Below are positions 1-12,421 of a DNA stretch of 64,000 nucleotides, piece after piece. Under the pieces are notes generated by a model. The model ran no database searches and was not told the origin of the DNA. It saw only the letters and a list, made by a program, of their open reading frames with translations. Position 1 is the first letter of the stretch; every line of letters begins with the position of its first letter. The DNA is taken from contig OZ176056.1 in NCBI GenBank assembly GCA_964247055.1, positions 1,426,001 through 1,490,000 of the forward strand, read 5' to 3'. The translations under genes were made by a program, and so were the position numbers. This DNA comes from Paragordius varius. Its lineage: Eukaryota; Animalia; Nematomorpha.

Positions 1-1556
1 ACCTTACTAGCGTGGCTAATAAGAGATATGTTCCGATAATTCTCGCATTGGAGTACATCTCCTTTTTTATATATTGGGAGATATACAGATGATGCCCAAT
101 CGTTTGGCCACTCACATGTTTCCCACACCTTTTGACATAACTGGTGTAACTTTTCAACGGGAATAGCTTTTATGAACTCTATTGGGATATTGTCTAATCC
201 CATCGCTTTGTTGTTAGGAATTTGTTTTAAGGCTAATTCAACCTCCTCTCTTAATATATCTGGATCACGTTCTTCTTCTTCTTTTGATTGCAACACTTTT
301 GCTTGAGGAGCCTGATAGAGTTTTTGGGTGTTTTCCTTCCATCTTTCTCGTACTTCTGTTTGTTTGCACAATATGGTGCCATTCTCTTTTTTAATCTTTT
401 GTGATGATATAAAAGGTTTATGAGTCATTTGCTTCAGTTTCTGGAACATTGGTTGCATTAATCCTTTTTTGTTATTAAATTCCACTTCCAGACATTGTTT
501 ATTAAGAAAATCTTCGTAATCCTTCCTTGTTTGTCGTTGAAATTCTATGTTATATAGTTTTACCATTTTATTATCACCTCTTGATTTAGCTTTTCTCCTC
601 TTTTCTGCTATCTCTATACTCTTTTCTGATATCCATTTGTTATCTTTCCTCTTTACTCTCTGCACTTTTTCTTTTGCCACTTCATTAACAACATTTTTTA
701 TCGTTCCCCATAATTGTTCTGAGCTACATCCATTGTCCAATCTTCCTAATCTATCTTTGGTTTCTGTTCTAAAACTATTTGGAATGTTCCGAGTGTCATA
801 TCTGTATATCTGTTTAACCTTATTTTTAGTTATTTTAAGTTTGATTTTGGTTATTAAAAGCTCATGATTGCTAGAGCAATCGCTGCTTTTGCTTGTTTTG
901 GTATCGATTATAGAGCTTTTCCATTTTTGAGGACACATTATGTAATCAATTTGATTCTTATAATTACCACATGGAGAGGTCCATGTGTATAACCTCCTAT
1001 TGTGTTGTGGAAACCATGTGTTGGAATTGATCAGTGCTTCCCCGGCCTCGTTTCGTTCTACCGATCCATATGGCCCGACTATTTGATCTACTCTACCTCT
1101 ACCAACTTTGCTGTTCCAATCCCCTCCTATGATAATCATATCTCCTTTGTTCGTTTCATCCAAAACTATTTGCAACGTTGCATAAAAGTCCTCTATGTCT
1201 TCTTTGGGAGCGTTTGACGTAGGAGCATAGACTACTATGTATGTAAATTTAAGTGGCTTGGCATTCAGCCTAATACTCATGATTCTGGGTGTATATGGTG
1301 TATAACTAATGAGACTTCTATTTAATTTGTTTTTTATTAATACTGCAACGCCTTCAGATTTCTGGTCATCTCTCCCCGATCTCAACAATGTATAATTTTC
1401 GTTTTGTACTTTCGCGCTACCTTTTTGCTTGGTTTCCGTTAGACCCAGTATATCTATGTTCAATCTTTCCATTTCCTTTTCAATTATCACCTGTTTAGTT
1501 GATGTTAAGGAACGTACGTTCCAGCATCCAACTTTGAAAAGTCTTGTTAAGTTCAT
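1..1556 (-). CDS. RTE LINE ORF: APE-type endonuclease plus start of reverse transcriptase (partial, 518 codons, no stop in window)
   Basis: Manual translation from ATG 1556 gives GCWNVRSL, IDILGLTETK, GVAVLI, VYAPT, IIGGDWNSKVG, NTWFPQHNRRLYTWTSP, NQIDYI, DCSSNHELL, then KAMGLDNIPIE, WPNDW, PIYKKGD and NYRNISLISHASK. It is absent from the ORF track because the frame has no stop before position 1. Confidence 0.92.
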   Translation of the reverse strand, partial: MNLTRLFKVGCWNVRSLTSTKQVIIEKEMERLNIDILGLTETKQKGSAKVQNENYTLLRSGRDDQKSEGVAVLIKNKLNRSLISYTPYTPRIMSIRLNAKPLKFTYIVVYAPTSNAPKEDIEDFYATLQIVLDETNKGDMIIIGGDWNSKVGRGRVDQIVGPYGSVERNEAGEALINSNTWFPQHNRRLYTWTSPCGNYKNQIDYIMCPQKWKSSIIDTKTSKSSDCSSNHELLITKIKLKITKNKVKQIYRYDTRNIPNSFRTETKDRLGRLDNGCSSEQLWGTIKNVVNEVAKEKVQRVKRKDNKWISEKSIEIAEKRRKAKSRGDNKMVKLYNIEFQRQTRKDYEDFLNKQCLEVEFNNKKGLMQPMFQKLKQMTHKPFISSQKIKKENGTILCKQTEVRERWKENTQKLYQAPQAKVLQSKEEEERDPDILREEVELALKQIPNNKAMGLDNIPIEFIKAIPVEKLHQLCQKVWETCEWPNDWASSVYLPIYKKGDVLQCENYRNISLISHASK

Positions 1557-1628
1557 TTAGTAAAACTATTTTTTGGCAGTAATAAAGGAGGGTGGTTTGC
1601 CATTGCCTTCCCTCTCACTTACCCTCTT
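1..1628 (-). mobile_element. RTE-clade non-LTR retrotransposon (LINE), 5' portion; 3' part runs off the window start
   Basis: A short 5' leader contains GGAAGGCAATGGCAAACCAC (minus strand, within 1575-1614), resembling the RTE/Bov-A-type 5' segment, and is followed by an endonuclease-RT ORF. Sequence becomes AT-rich flank beyond about 1630. Confidence 0.9.
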
Positions 1629-2173
1629 TACAAAAAATAAATATCTAGAATAATTAAAATAATTAAAATTAAAGAGTAATCTTTATAAATGTTGTTAATT
1701 TGGATAAATTATAAATATTAATATTTTACTCTGTCTGGCAATTATAAAGAAAAAATATAAAGAAATAATGGCTAGGCTAGTAAAAATAAAATAATTAGGC
1801 ACCAAGGAGTAGAGAAAATAAAAAGAAAAGAGAGATCTGTATAACAATGATTTTTGATGACTTAAGAATTATGTTACTCTTTAAATTACATACTTAGCAT
1901 ACAAATAAAATAAAAACTCTACAAAACAAAGAAAAAGATTAATAATTACTAAAACAAAACCTATTTTTTAAATAATTTATAGTATATAATAAAATAATAC
2001 TATCCTTGAATATCCTCCCGCTTTCAATCACATGGTTTCATATATATAAACGTATGACTTATAATAATTTAAAGGACTCCGATAAAGTTTTTAAAATTAC
2101 TTTATGGCAGCTGATATATTTTGATTTTTTTAAAATCTAATTTGAATTTTCAAAAAGTCCGTCTAATTATAAT

Positions 2174-2307
2174 TATACCATTTTTAGTCAAAAGCGACAT
2201 TTATTCTTCGCATTTTTCAACTAAAAGAAACATTTTAAATTTCATTTGGATAGAAAATGTTGCGTTTGGTTAAAAAATGTTATTTTTTGACTGAAAAATG
2301 GTGTATA
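2174..2307. mobile_element. Small palindromic MITE-like element (TATACCATTTTTAGTCAAAA...TTTGACTGAAAAATGGTGTATA)
   Basis: The ends are inverted copies, and a related longer copy lies at about 15530-15750. Confidence 0.55.
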
Positions 2308-4039
2308 GAATCATGTACTTTAAGATAATTTTTATTGTATTTTCCCCAAGAGCTACTGAAGACTCTAATAAAGTTTTTAATACCATCAAATTTTAATTTT
2401 TTGGCATATATACCGATTTTTATAACTCAATGACCTTTTATTTTTTAAAATAGCTTTGTATTACAATATACTCTTCAATACATTATAGGGTTAAATCTTA
2501 ATTCTATGATTTTTATGTTTATTTTTTAGCAATTTTATTTTTTATCTTTAATTAATATTATCCATATATATATATATATATAATTAGAATCAAAAAACTT
2601 TTTGGAGGAAACTCGAAATATTAGTAATATATTTTTATTATATAGTTTTCATTATAAAAACTATATTTTAAAATATTTTGATTCGTGATTAGGTCCAGAA
2701 AATATAAGTAATTTTTATGGCAATATAATTTATAAAATTTTAATTAAATCATTAAATTTTATATAGATCGGGCCAAAATTGGTAATTATTCTATATAATT
2801 AATAAAACTTGGTTTAATGAAAAAAAAATTGTATGTAAAGATTACTATAGGAGCCCACATTGGTATAAATTTTTTGATAAGTTAAGAAATTTATATAATG
2901 CTCAAAATAATTATTGTGTATTAATTGACGACATTAGTTATAAATAACCTAAAATACTATCAATTACAATAAAATATTTGAGCTACATTAAAACTGCCGG
3001 TTTTTAAAAGCCATTAAGGTTTCAAACACACTTTCAAATAGTGATTTTCCAATCTTTTCTAAATTTAAATCTCATGGAAATATATTAAAAAATGACATTC
3101 TTTAACTTTACTTTTTGATGGAAATCAGCTTTAAAGTTAATCTTTTGTGTTTTGTTAATTCAATATTTATATGAATGATTTTATAGATGGCATGAAAATA
3201 TCCATAAAATGTATGCTTTATAATAATAAAAATTGGAAAAAAATTCAACAAATTAATAAATTATATATTTCAAATTTAGCTTTGAAAGAGCGCATTAGCA
3301 GTATATTTTTTGCATGGCTAATTTTATAGCAGACTTTAATATATAAAAATAATATTTCTCTTTAAACAATGTAAATAGATATGATGGACACTATTCAAGG
3401 TGACATAAAGATTATCTTTTTAACAAACGCAAAAATTTCCCAAAAAATTTTATTTAGGCTTAAAATATATTTATAATATTTTAAAAATTAATTTTTAATA
3501 GCGTTTCTGGAAAATTATTTAATGGTTGTATTTTGATATTAGTTTGTATAATCCAATTTTTATTGTATATTTAAAAGTTAATCACAATATAGGGATATTT
3601 ATAGTTTTAATTTGAAAGAACTCTAAAATGAGTGTTTTAAATAAAAATACTTTAAAAATTTGGTTTTAATATATAAAAACCAAACAAAAAAATATATATG
3701 AACATTTTCTTTTTATCCATTTAACAAGAGATCCTTATATAGCGGGCCTAATTTTTTCATGATTATGTCACCTTAATTTAGATTTAATCGACAAAGCAAA
3801 TGAAAGTAATTTATTAATTATTAATTGTTAAATAAAATCTAAAAAAAAATTTAAGATAATACTTGACAAGTTACTTAATTAATTATATAATTTTTTAAAT
3901 ATCTGGTTATATGGCATTATATCTTTATTTTTATATTAATTAAGGTGCCATGTTTCCAGATGCAGAAGTTGAAAGTAATATATTTCATATAAAATTTTTA
4001 ATATAATTTTATTTTTTTAAAAATTATTTTTATTAATTT

Positions 4040-5160
4040 TACTAGCGTAAATCTCGTGCTGCTACGCAGCCCGAGGAAGTCCTTCGGACTTCTGGGGGGA
4101 GGGGGTTATTTGAAAAAAGGGACAATAAAATGATCTACATATGTGGATTATTTCGAAAAATTATTTAATAGCTATGATTTCATAGGAATCTTAAAACGGT
4201 GCATTCATACTAATTTATTGTTTACTTGGGGGAGAAATAGATTTAAAAAATTATTTTTGTGGACTTTGTTTTTTTTGATAAAAATGGCATTTTACGGGGG
4301 TAGCGGGTAAAAAGAGGGCCTAAATCAAAAAAGTGACTCGACTATGTTCGGCGCAATCGAAAATAAGTAAACAAAAATCATATTTGAAATTGAATGGTCC
4401 AACACGTTCTCCAAAAAATTGACTTAACCCATTTTTCACACGGGGTGGGCCCAAACTGGGGACCTAATTCCAAAAAAGGGCGAAGCTATTGTCGGGGCAT
4501 TCATTAATGATTAAATTTTTTCGATGTTTGGATTTGATTGGGTTCACCGGTTTTCCGGAAACAGATCACAAAGTTATATGAAAAATCAGTTTTTAGCGGG
4601 TAGCTCCTTACCCAGCAGCTATCATCAAATAAACGGTAGACTAAAATTTTTGCCTTTTAACAGGGAATACGTGGAATCCATATAGAATTTTTACGGTCTC
4701 ATACCTAGGGCGAAAAATCGATTTAAAAAATTATTTTTGTGGACTTTGTTTTTTGAAAAAGGTGGCATTTTACGGGGGGAGCGGGTAAAAAGAGGGCCTA
4801 AATCAAAAAAGTGGCTCGGCTATGTTCGGCGCAATCGAAAATAAGTAAACAATAATCATATTTGAAATTGAATGGTCCAACACGTTCTCCGGAAAATTGT
4901 CTCAAAGACACGATTTTTGTGGACTTCTGTTTTCAAAAAAAAAACCGTTTTTCATACGGGGTGGGCCCGAACTGGGGGCCTATTTCAAAAAAAGGCGAAG
5001 CTATTGTCGGGGCATTCATTAATGATTATATTTTTTCGATATTTGGATTTGATTGGGTCTACCGGTTTTCCTGTACCAGATCACAAAGCCAGCATTTTCC
5101 ATTTTTATAAATATATAGATTATATCAGTTATAATATAAAATCGATACTCCTGTCATACG
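4040..5160. repeat. GC-richer interspersed element with terminal hairpins and an internal direct duplication (possible non-autonomous Helitron/Helentron-like element)
   Basis: It starts near ACTAGCG (about 4041) with two adjacent hairpins (GCTGC-TAC-GCAGC and GAAGTCC-TTC-GGACTTC). Direct repeats 4240-4573 and 4720-5088 start 480 bp apart. The family assignment is inference only. Confidence 0.5.
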
Positions 5161-6699
5161 TAATGTAAAAATCAAAAAGAAATTTGAAACCCCATGTATA
5201 AATTGACAGTGCAATAATATATACAATATATTTCCTATTAAATAAAAAAATCTTTATATATACTCAATACATTATCTTATTTGTTATTCACTACATTCGA
5301 TAGTTAATATAAATTCTACTTTGGAAAAACAAACTATTTTTTCTGATAATAAGATGCATTAGGCTTAGAAAATCCTGATATATCAAAAGGTATATATATA
5401 TATATATATATATAGATAACAAATATATTTAAACTATAACATACAGCAAAACTATCAATATAAATTTGCTCATGTTATATATAATTCATAATTTTAGAAG
5501 TTTTGGAAGAAGCCATTCTAAAGCCGGCACCTGAATAATCTATTTGTCTTATATAATATTTTTGGAAGATTTTCCATAAAAATATTATGGATTATATATT
5601 GTAGAAAAACTATTCACTAAGTTCATTCAATAAATATATTTGATATGTGTTTATATTTCTAAAATTGAAGGAAAAAATAAAACAAAGACTAATTGTTTAG
5701 AAGTAACTTTAAGTAAATATTAGATATAACCTGTAAAATACAGAAACTGCATTGGTCTTAAAAAATAAATGGTTATAAATACTTTTCGAGATGGCACATA
5801 ACATGCATCGCTAATAATTGATTTAAGCTAAGGTTGTCCAACGAACAACCCTCCAAGACCTCACGTGTGCCCCGCGAAATATTCGGAAAATCATGATTGG
5901 CAAACATTTGCTTACAAAACCTTATGAAAATTTATGTTTAAAAAAACATTTCTACATATACATCTACCCGATTGGCAAAAACTGGAAAAGATTGTTTTTA
6001 CGTTTGAAATAAATTATTTATAAATGCCTATATGACATAATTTTAGTTTAGCTATTTAAATCCCCTTTTATCTTTTTTATTTGTTGAAACAATATTCCCT
6101 GATATAAAATACCGCTGTTCTTTGAATGTTAATTCAGTAAATAAACATTTCTTACATTATTTTATGCATGTAGATGAAAACATTTTTGTAAGCCATAATC
6201 ATATACTATAAAAAATAATTTAGAATTTTAGAAAAGTGTTAAATTTTAAAAATTAGTTTCTAAATATAGAAAACACTTATTTCATACTTAAAACCAACAA
6301 GTCACTCCATTAATGGTTAACATTTTATTACTTTTTCTGTACGAGATGGCAGGTTTAGGGTGGTTTTCTAGCCCAGAGTTTTTAGAAAACATACTGTTCT
6401 GAGATCTGTTACGCTGAAAATTATTTAATATTTCTTCTAGATAAAAAACTTATAATTTTTATAGTTAACTTTTATAATCCAAACGGATAACTCCAATTGA
6501 AGCGCTGATATTTGATATCATAAATATCTTTGTAATCCGATTTTAATTATAATACACATTTATTTGCCTTTCTATTCACAGTGTTAAAAATTAATGGAAA
6601 AAAAGTCACCGAAAAGTATATGGGGATTTTTTACCTATTTGCTTTATCATGTGCCTAAGAGGCTTAAACTGCACATCATTAAATTTAGCCTGACGCTAA

Positions 6700-7776
6700 A
6701 AATATTTTTGAGATATTTTAAGGGGCATTTGGTTGTAAGTAACACTACTTCAAAAGGTCATAAAGTGTTGAAATGGAAAAAATCAAAACAAGATATTATT
6801 GTTGTGACCTGCGCCGGAATAATTTAAAATATCTATCTTTTTTACGTTCAACTATTAGATGGGACCTATTAAAAAAGAAAGTAAAAAAATTGTTAAGCGT
6901 GAGTCTGAAACCAGATGGAGTGTCAGAATTCAAGCAAGTGGCATTGTTGAGGGAATAAAGGATTTGATAGAGCTATTAGAAGATTTAAGTAATAATACTT
7001 CAAATACTAGTGAAACAAGAAGTGAGGCATCCGTTTTAATCCAGAGTGTTTTTAATTTCTAACATTAATTTTTTTCAAGCATCAAATACGAAAAAGAATC
7101 GATAGGGTTCAACATAGATTGCAAGATCCTAAAATTAATTTTAAAGCATTTAAGGACCTTGAATCCTTAACTAATGATATTCGGATTCAACTTTTCGAGG
7201 AAGCCATAAAAAAGCTAAAATTATATGTGAAAACTAGGATCTATCAACCCGTGCTAGAGAACCGAAAAATTCTCAAGAGAATCAGATGGAGTGATTTTTT
7301 CTGCAAAATGTGAAATTTATCGGGTTATGAAACACGTATTGGATAAATTGCAACATGAAAGGAAAAGCGTTCTTGGCTAAGTGATGTAAATTCGAAATTT
7401 ATATTTTAGTTAGATGTTAAAAATATTGACACGTAATAACAATAACAATATTAAAAATTATAGTGAATATATAGGCGAATTTTGCAATAGAGATTTTAAT
7501 GGAACAGATCTTTTTAATTAAGTTTGTGATTGTAGGATAGTACTCCTAAGTCGAAAAGGTGTCAAACCTGAAACTCCGTTAGAACTCTTAACCTTTATAA
7601 TTTTATGCGGCGGTGTTTCCCAATACAAGGATTGCACTTCAAATACTTTTAACTATTTCAACGTCAGTCGCTAGTTTTAAAACCTCCAGCAAACTAAAAT
7701 TTATTTTAACATATATGCGATCGACGATGGGTCAAGATCGTTTTTATGCCCCGGGCGCCTACTCGGTAAGCCACTG
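6700..7776 (+). pseudogene. Decayed hAT-superfamily transposase, C-terminal half, with probable right end
   Basis: Fragments in shifting frames include KRESETRWSVRIQA and the hATC dimerisation-like FPNTRIALQILLTISTSVASFKTSSKLKFILTYMRSTMGQDR, broken by stops and frameshifts. The stretch ends in GCCACTG (7770-7776), like a CAGTGGC terminal repeat. Confidence 0.8.
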
Positions 7777-8323
7777 CAGTGTTCGCCCATTTTCATTGAG
7801 CATGTGGGGTCATTTGATAAGGTGGATATCTTATGAAAAAATCCTTGTTTTTATTTTTAATATTTTGAACATTTTCGGTAGTTTAAAATGATTATTTTAC
7901 ATTTTCACATTTTTAAAATGTGTATAATCAAACTTACAGTAATTTGAATTACACAGAAAATAAGTAAAAATTAAAAATAACCATATCTTTTTTTTGTTTT
8001 TTTTAATTTAACTCTTTGGGTTGTGAAATGGGGATTAGCGATGTAAATTGGTATTAACTAATTTTTATAATTATGGGAATTATAATTTATGAATAAGTAG
8101 TGTAGTCTTTTTAAAAAATATTTTTCAATTTTTCCATGTTGTGTTAGTAATATTAATATTTGTGAAATAGCTTTTTCTCGTTATTGTACAAAATGCTTAA
8201 AACATGAGCATATATAATTTAAGCAACAATCATTTTATTAAAGTTAATGTTTTTTAAATAATAACATATAAATAGAATTCATAAACCCTACAACTTTCTC
8301 TTGTTTTGAAAATCGGTGGGTTC

Positions 8324-11300
8324 GGTGATGAGTGGTGGTAAAAAACAATAAAACGGTAACCTATTTAGTATTTTACAGTAAACTCAAGTTAGCCAAGTCT
8401 TACAATAAACCGTACGGCAAAATCTTTTTTCAAACTCTGTTACCAACTAAAACACCATCTATCTTGTTACTGAATTGGGGCTTCGGTGATGAGTGGATGT
8501 ATACAATAATACTTTAATCTGTTTAGTCCTTTACAGTAAACTTAAGTTAGCCAAATCTTACAATAAACCGTCCGGCAAAATCTGTTTTCAATCAATTCTC
8601 AACTCGTTAACAACCAAAACATCATCTATCTTGTTACTGAATGGCGGCTTCGGTGATAAGTGGATGTGCACAATAATACTTTAATCTGTTTAGTCCTTTA
8701 CAGTAAACTCAAGTTAGCCAAATCTTACAATAAACCGTCCGGCAAAATCTGTTTTCAATCAATTCTCAACTCGTTAACAACCAAAACATCATCTATCTTG
8801 TTACTGAATGGCGGCTTCGGTGATGAGTGGATGTGCACAATAATACTTTAATCTGTTTAGTCCTTTACAGTAAAATCAAGTTAGCCAAATCTTACAATAA
8901 ACCGTCCGGCGAAATCTGTTTTCAATCAATTCTCAACACGTTAACAACCAAAACACCATCTATCTTGTTACTGAATTGGGGGTTCGGTGATGAGTGGATG
9001 TACACAATAATACGTTAATCTGTTCTTTACAGTAAACTCAAGTTAGCCAAATCTTACAATAAACCGTCCGGCGAAATCTGTTTTCAATTCTCAACTTGTT
9101 AACAACTAAAACACCATCTATCTTGTTACTGAATTGGGGGTTCGGTGATGAGTGGATGTGCACAATAATACTTTAATCTGTTTAATTCTTTACGGTAAAC
9201 TCAAGTTAGCTAATTCTTACAATAAACTGTCCGGCGAAATCTGTTTTCAATTAATTCTCAACTCTTTAACAACTAAAACACAATCTATCTTTTTACTGAA
9301 TTGGGGCTTCGGTGATGAGTGGATGCAAAAATAACTAATCTATTTAGTCCTTTACGGTAAACACAAGTTAGCTAATTCTTACAATAAACTGTCCGGCGAA
9401 ATCTGTTTTCAATCGATTCTCAACTCAACAACTAAAGCACCATCTATCTTGTTACTGAATTGGGGCTTCGGTGATGAGTGGATGCAAAAATAACTAATCT
9501 ATTTAGTCCTTTACAGTAAACTCAAGTTAGCCAAATCTTACAATAAACCGTCCGGCGAAATCTGTTTTCAATCAATTCTCAACTCGTTAACAACTAAAAC
9601 ACCATCTATCTTGTTACTGAATTGGGGGTTCGGTGATGAGTGGATGTACACAATAATACTTTAATCTGTTTAGTCCTTTACAGTAAACTCAAGTTAGCCA
9701 AATCTTACAATAAACTGTCCGGCGAAATCTGTTTTCAATAAATTCTCAACTCGTTAACAACTAAAACACAATCTATCTTGTTACTGAATTGGGGCTTCGG
9801 TGATGAGTGGATGCAAAAATAACTAATCTATTTAGTCCTTTACGGTAAACTCAAGTTAGCCAAATCTTACAATAAACCGTCCGGCAAAATCTGTTTTCAA
9901 TCAATTCTCAACTCGTTAACAACCAAAACATCATCTATCTTGTTACTGAATGGCGGCTTCGGTGATGAGTGGATGTGCACAATAATACTTTAATCTGTTT
10001 AGTCCTTTACAGTAAAATCAAGTTAGCCAAATCTTACAATAAACCGTCTGGCAAAATCTATTTTCAATTAATTCTCAACTCGTTAACAACTAAAACACCA
10101 TCTATCTTGTTACTGAATTGGGGCTTCGGTGATGAGTGGATGTACACAATAATACGTTAATCTGTTCTTTACAGTAAACTCAAGTTAGCCAAATCTTACA
10201 ATAAACCGTCCGGCGAAATCTGTTTTCAATTCTCAACTTGTTAACAACTAAAACACCATCTATCTTGTTACTGAATTGGGGGTTCGGTGATGAGTGGATG
10301 TACACAATAATACTTTAATCTGTTTAGTCCTTTACAGTAAACTCAAGTTAGCCAAATCTTACAATAAACTGTCCGGCGAAATCTGTTTTCAATAAATTCT
10401 CAACTCGTTAACAACTAAAACACAATCTATCTTGTTACTGAATTGGGGCTTCGGTGATGAGTGGATGCAAAAATAACTAATCTATTTAGTCCTTTACGGT
10501 AAACTCAAGTTAGCCAAATCTTACAATAAACCGTCCGGCAAAATCTGTTTTCAATCAATTCTCAACTCGTTAACAACCAAAACATCATCTATCTTGTTAC
10601 TGAATGGCGGCTTCGGTGATGAGTGGATGTGCACAATAATACTTTAATCTGTTTAGTCCTTTACAGTAAAATCAAGTTAGCCAAATCTTACAATAAACCG
10701 TCTGGCAAAATCTATTTTCAATTAATTCTCAACTCGTTAACAACTAAAACACCATCTATCTTGTTACTGAATTGGGGCTTCGGTGATGAGTGGATGTACA
10801 CAATAATACTTTAATCTGTTTAATTCTTTACGGTAAACTCAAGTTAGCTAATTCTTACAATAAACTGTCCGGCGAAATCTGTTTTCAATAAATTCTCAAC
10901 TCTTTAACAACTAAAACACAATCTATCTTGTTACTGAATTGGGGCTTCGGTGATGAGTGGATGCAAAAATAACTAATCTATTTAGTCCTTTACGGTAAAC
11001 TCAAGTTAGCCAAATCTTACAATAAACCGTCCGGCAAAATCTGTTTTCAATCAATTCTCAACTCGTTAACAACCAAAACATCATCTATCTTGTTACTGAA
11101 TGGCGGCTTCGGTGATGAGTGGATGTGCACAATAATACTTTAATCTGTTTAGTCCTTTACAGTAAACTCAAGTTAGCCAAATCTTACAATAAACCGTCTG
11201 GCAAAATCTATTTTCAATTAATTCTCAACTCGTTAACAACTAAAACACCATCTATCTTTTTACTGAATTGGGGCTTCGGTGATGAGTGGATGTACACAAT

Positions 11301-12421
11301 AATACTTTAATCTATTTAATTCTTTACGGTAAACTCAAGTTAGCTAATTCTTACAATAAACTGTCCGGCGAAATCTGTTTTCAATAAATTCTCAACTCTT
11401 TAACAACTAAAACACAATCTATCTTGTTACTGAATTGGGGCTTCGGTGATAAGTGGATGCAAAAATAACTAATCTATTTAGTCCTTTACGGTAAACTCAA
11501 GTTAGCTAATTCTTACAATAAACTGTCCGGCGAAATCTGTTTTCAATCGATTCTCAACTCAACAACTAAAGCACCATCTATCTTGTTACTGAATTGGGGC
11601 TTCGAGTGGATGCAAAAATAACTAATCTATTTAGTCCTTTACAGTAAACTCAAGTTAGCCAAATCTTACAATAAACCGTCCGGCGAAATCTGTTTTCAAT
11701 CAATTCTCAACACGTTAACAACTAAAACACCATCTATCTTGTTACTGAATTGGGGGTTCGGTGATGAGTGGATGTGCACAATAATACTTTAATCTGTTTA
11801 ATTCTTTACGGTAAACTCAAGTTAGCTAATTCTTACAATAAACTGTCCGGCGAAATCTGTTTTCAATAAATTCTCAACTCTTTAACAACTAAAACACAAT
11901 CTATCTTGTTACTGAATTGGGGCTTCGTTGATGAGTGGATGCAAAAATAACTAATCTATTTAGTCCTTTACGGTAAACTCAAGTTAGCTAATTCTTACAA
12001 TAAACCGTCCGGCGAAATCTGTTTTCAATCAATTCTCGTTAACAACCAAAACACCATCTATCTTGTTACTAAATTGGGGCTTCGGTGATGAGTGGATGTA
12101 CAAATACGTTAATCTGTTTAGTCCTTTACAGTAAACTCAAGTTAGCCATACAATAAACCGTCCGGCAAAATCTGTTTTCAATCAATTCTCAACTCGTTAA
12201 CAACCAAAACTCCATCTATCTTGTTACTGAATGGCGGCTTCGGTGATGAGTGGATGTACACAATAATACTTTAATCTGTTAAGTCATTTACAGTAAACTC
12301 AAGTTAGCCAAGTCTTACAATAAACCGTCCGGCAAAATCTGTTTTCAATCAATGCTCAACTCGTTAACAACCAAAACACCATCTATCTTGTTACTGAATT
12401 GCGGGCTTAGGTGATGAGTGG
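8324..12421. repeat. Satellite/minisatellite array, 25 units of 156-168 bp (modal 167) plus a partial unit
   Basis: The anchor GGTGATGAGTGGATG, or a degenerate form of it, recurs at 8324, 8485, 8652, 8819, 8986, 9144, 9311, 9470, 9632, 9799, 9961, 10128, 10286, 10453, 10615, 10782, 10949, 11111, 11278, 11445, ~11604, 11760, 11927, 12084, 12242 and 12410. Confidence 0.97.

Noticed and set aside
547-1217. Plus-strand ORFs of 106 aa and 71 aa
   Set aside because: They are antisense shadows of the RTE ORF, hydrophobic because the coding strand is purine-rich.
8485-8520. Hammerhead ribozyme in the satellite unit (GUGAUGA-GUG...CAC)
   Set aside because: The core needs CUGANGA and GAAA; here C3 is G, GAAA is missing after the stem, and no core is present on the minus strand.
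8332-11310. Repeated 60-63-aa ORFs (MDVHNNTLICLVLYSK...) as a peptide gene array
   Set aside because: They arise from the satellite unit, whose length is usually not a multiple of three; indels of 5, 8 and 9 nt are tolerated, and there is no splice or codon signal.
8324-12421. CRISPR array
   Set aside because: The whole unit is repeated with no unique spacers, the context is eukaryotic, and there are no cas genes.
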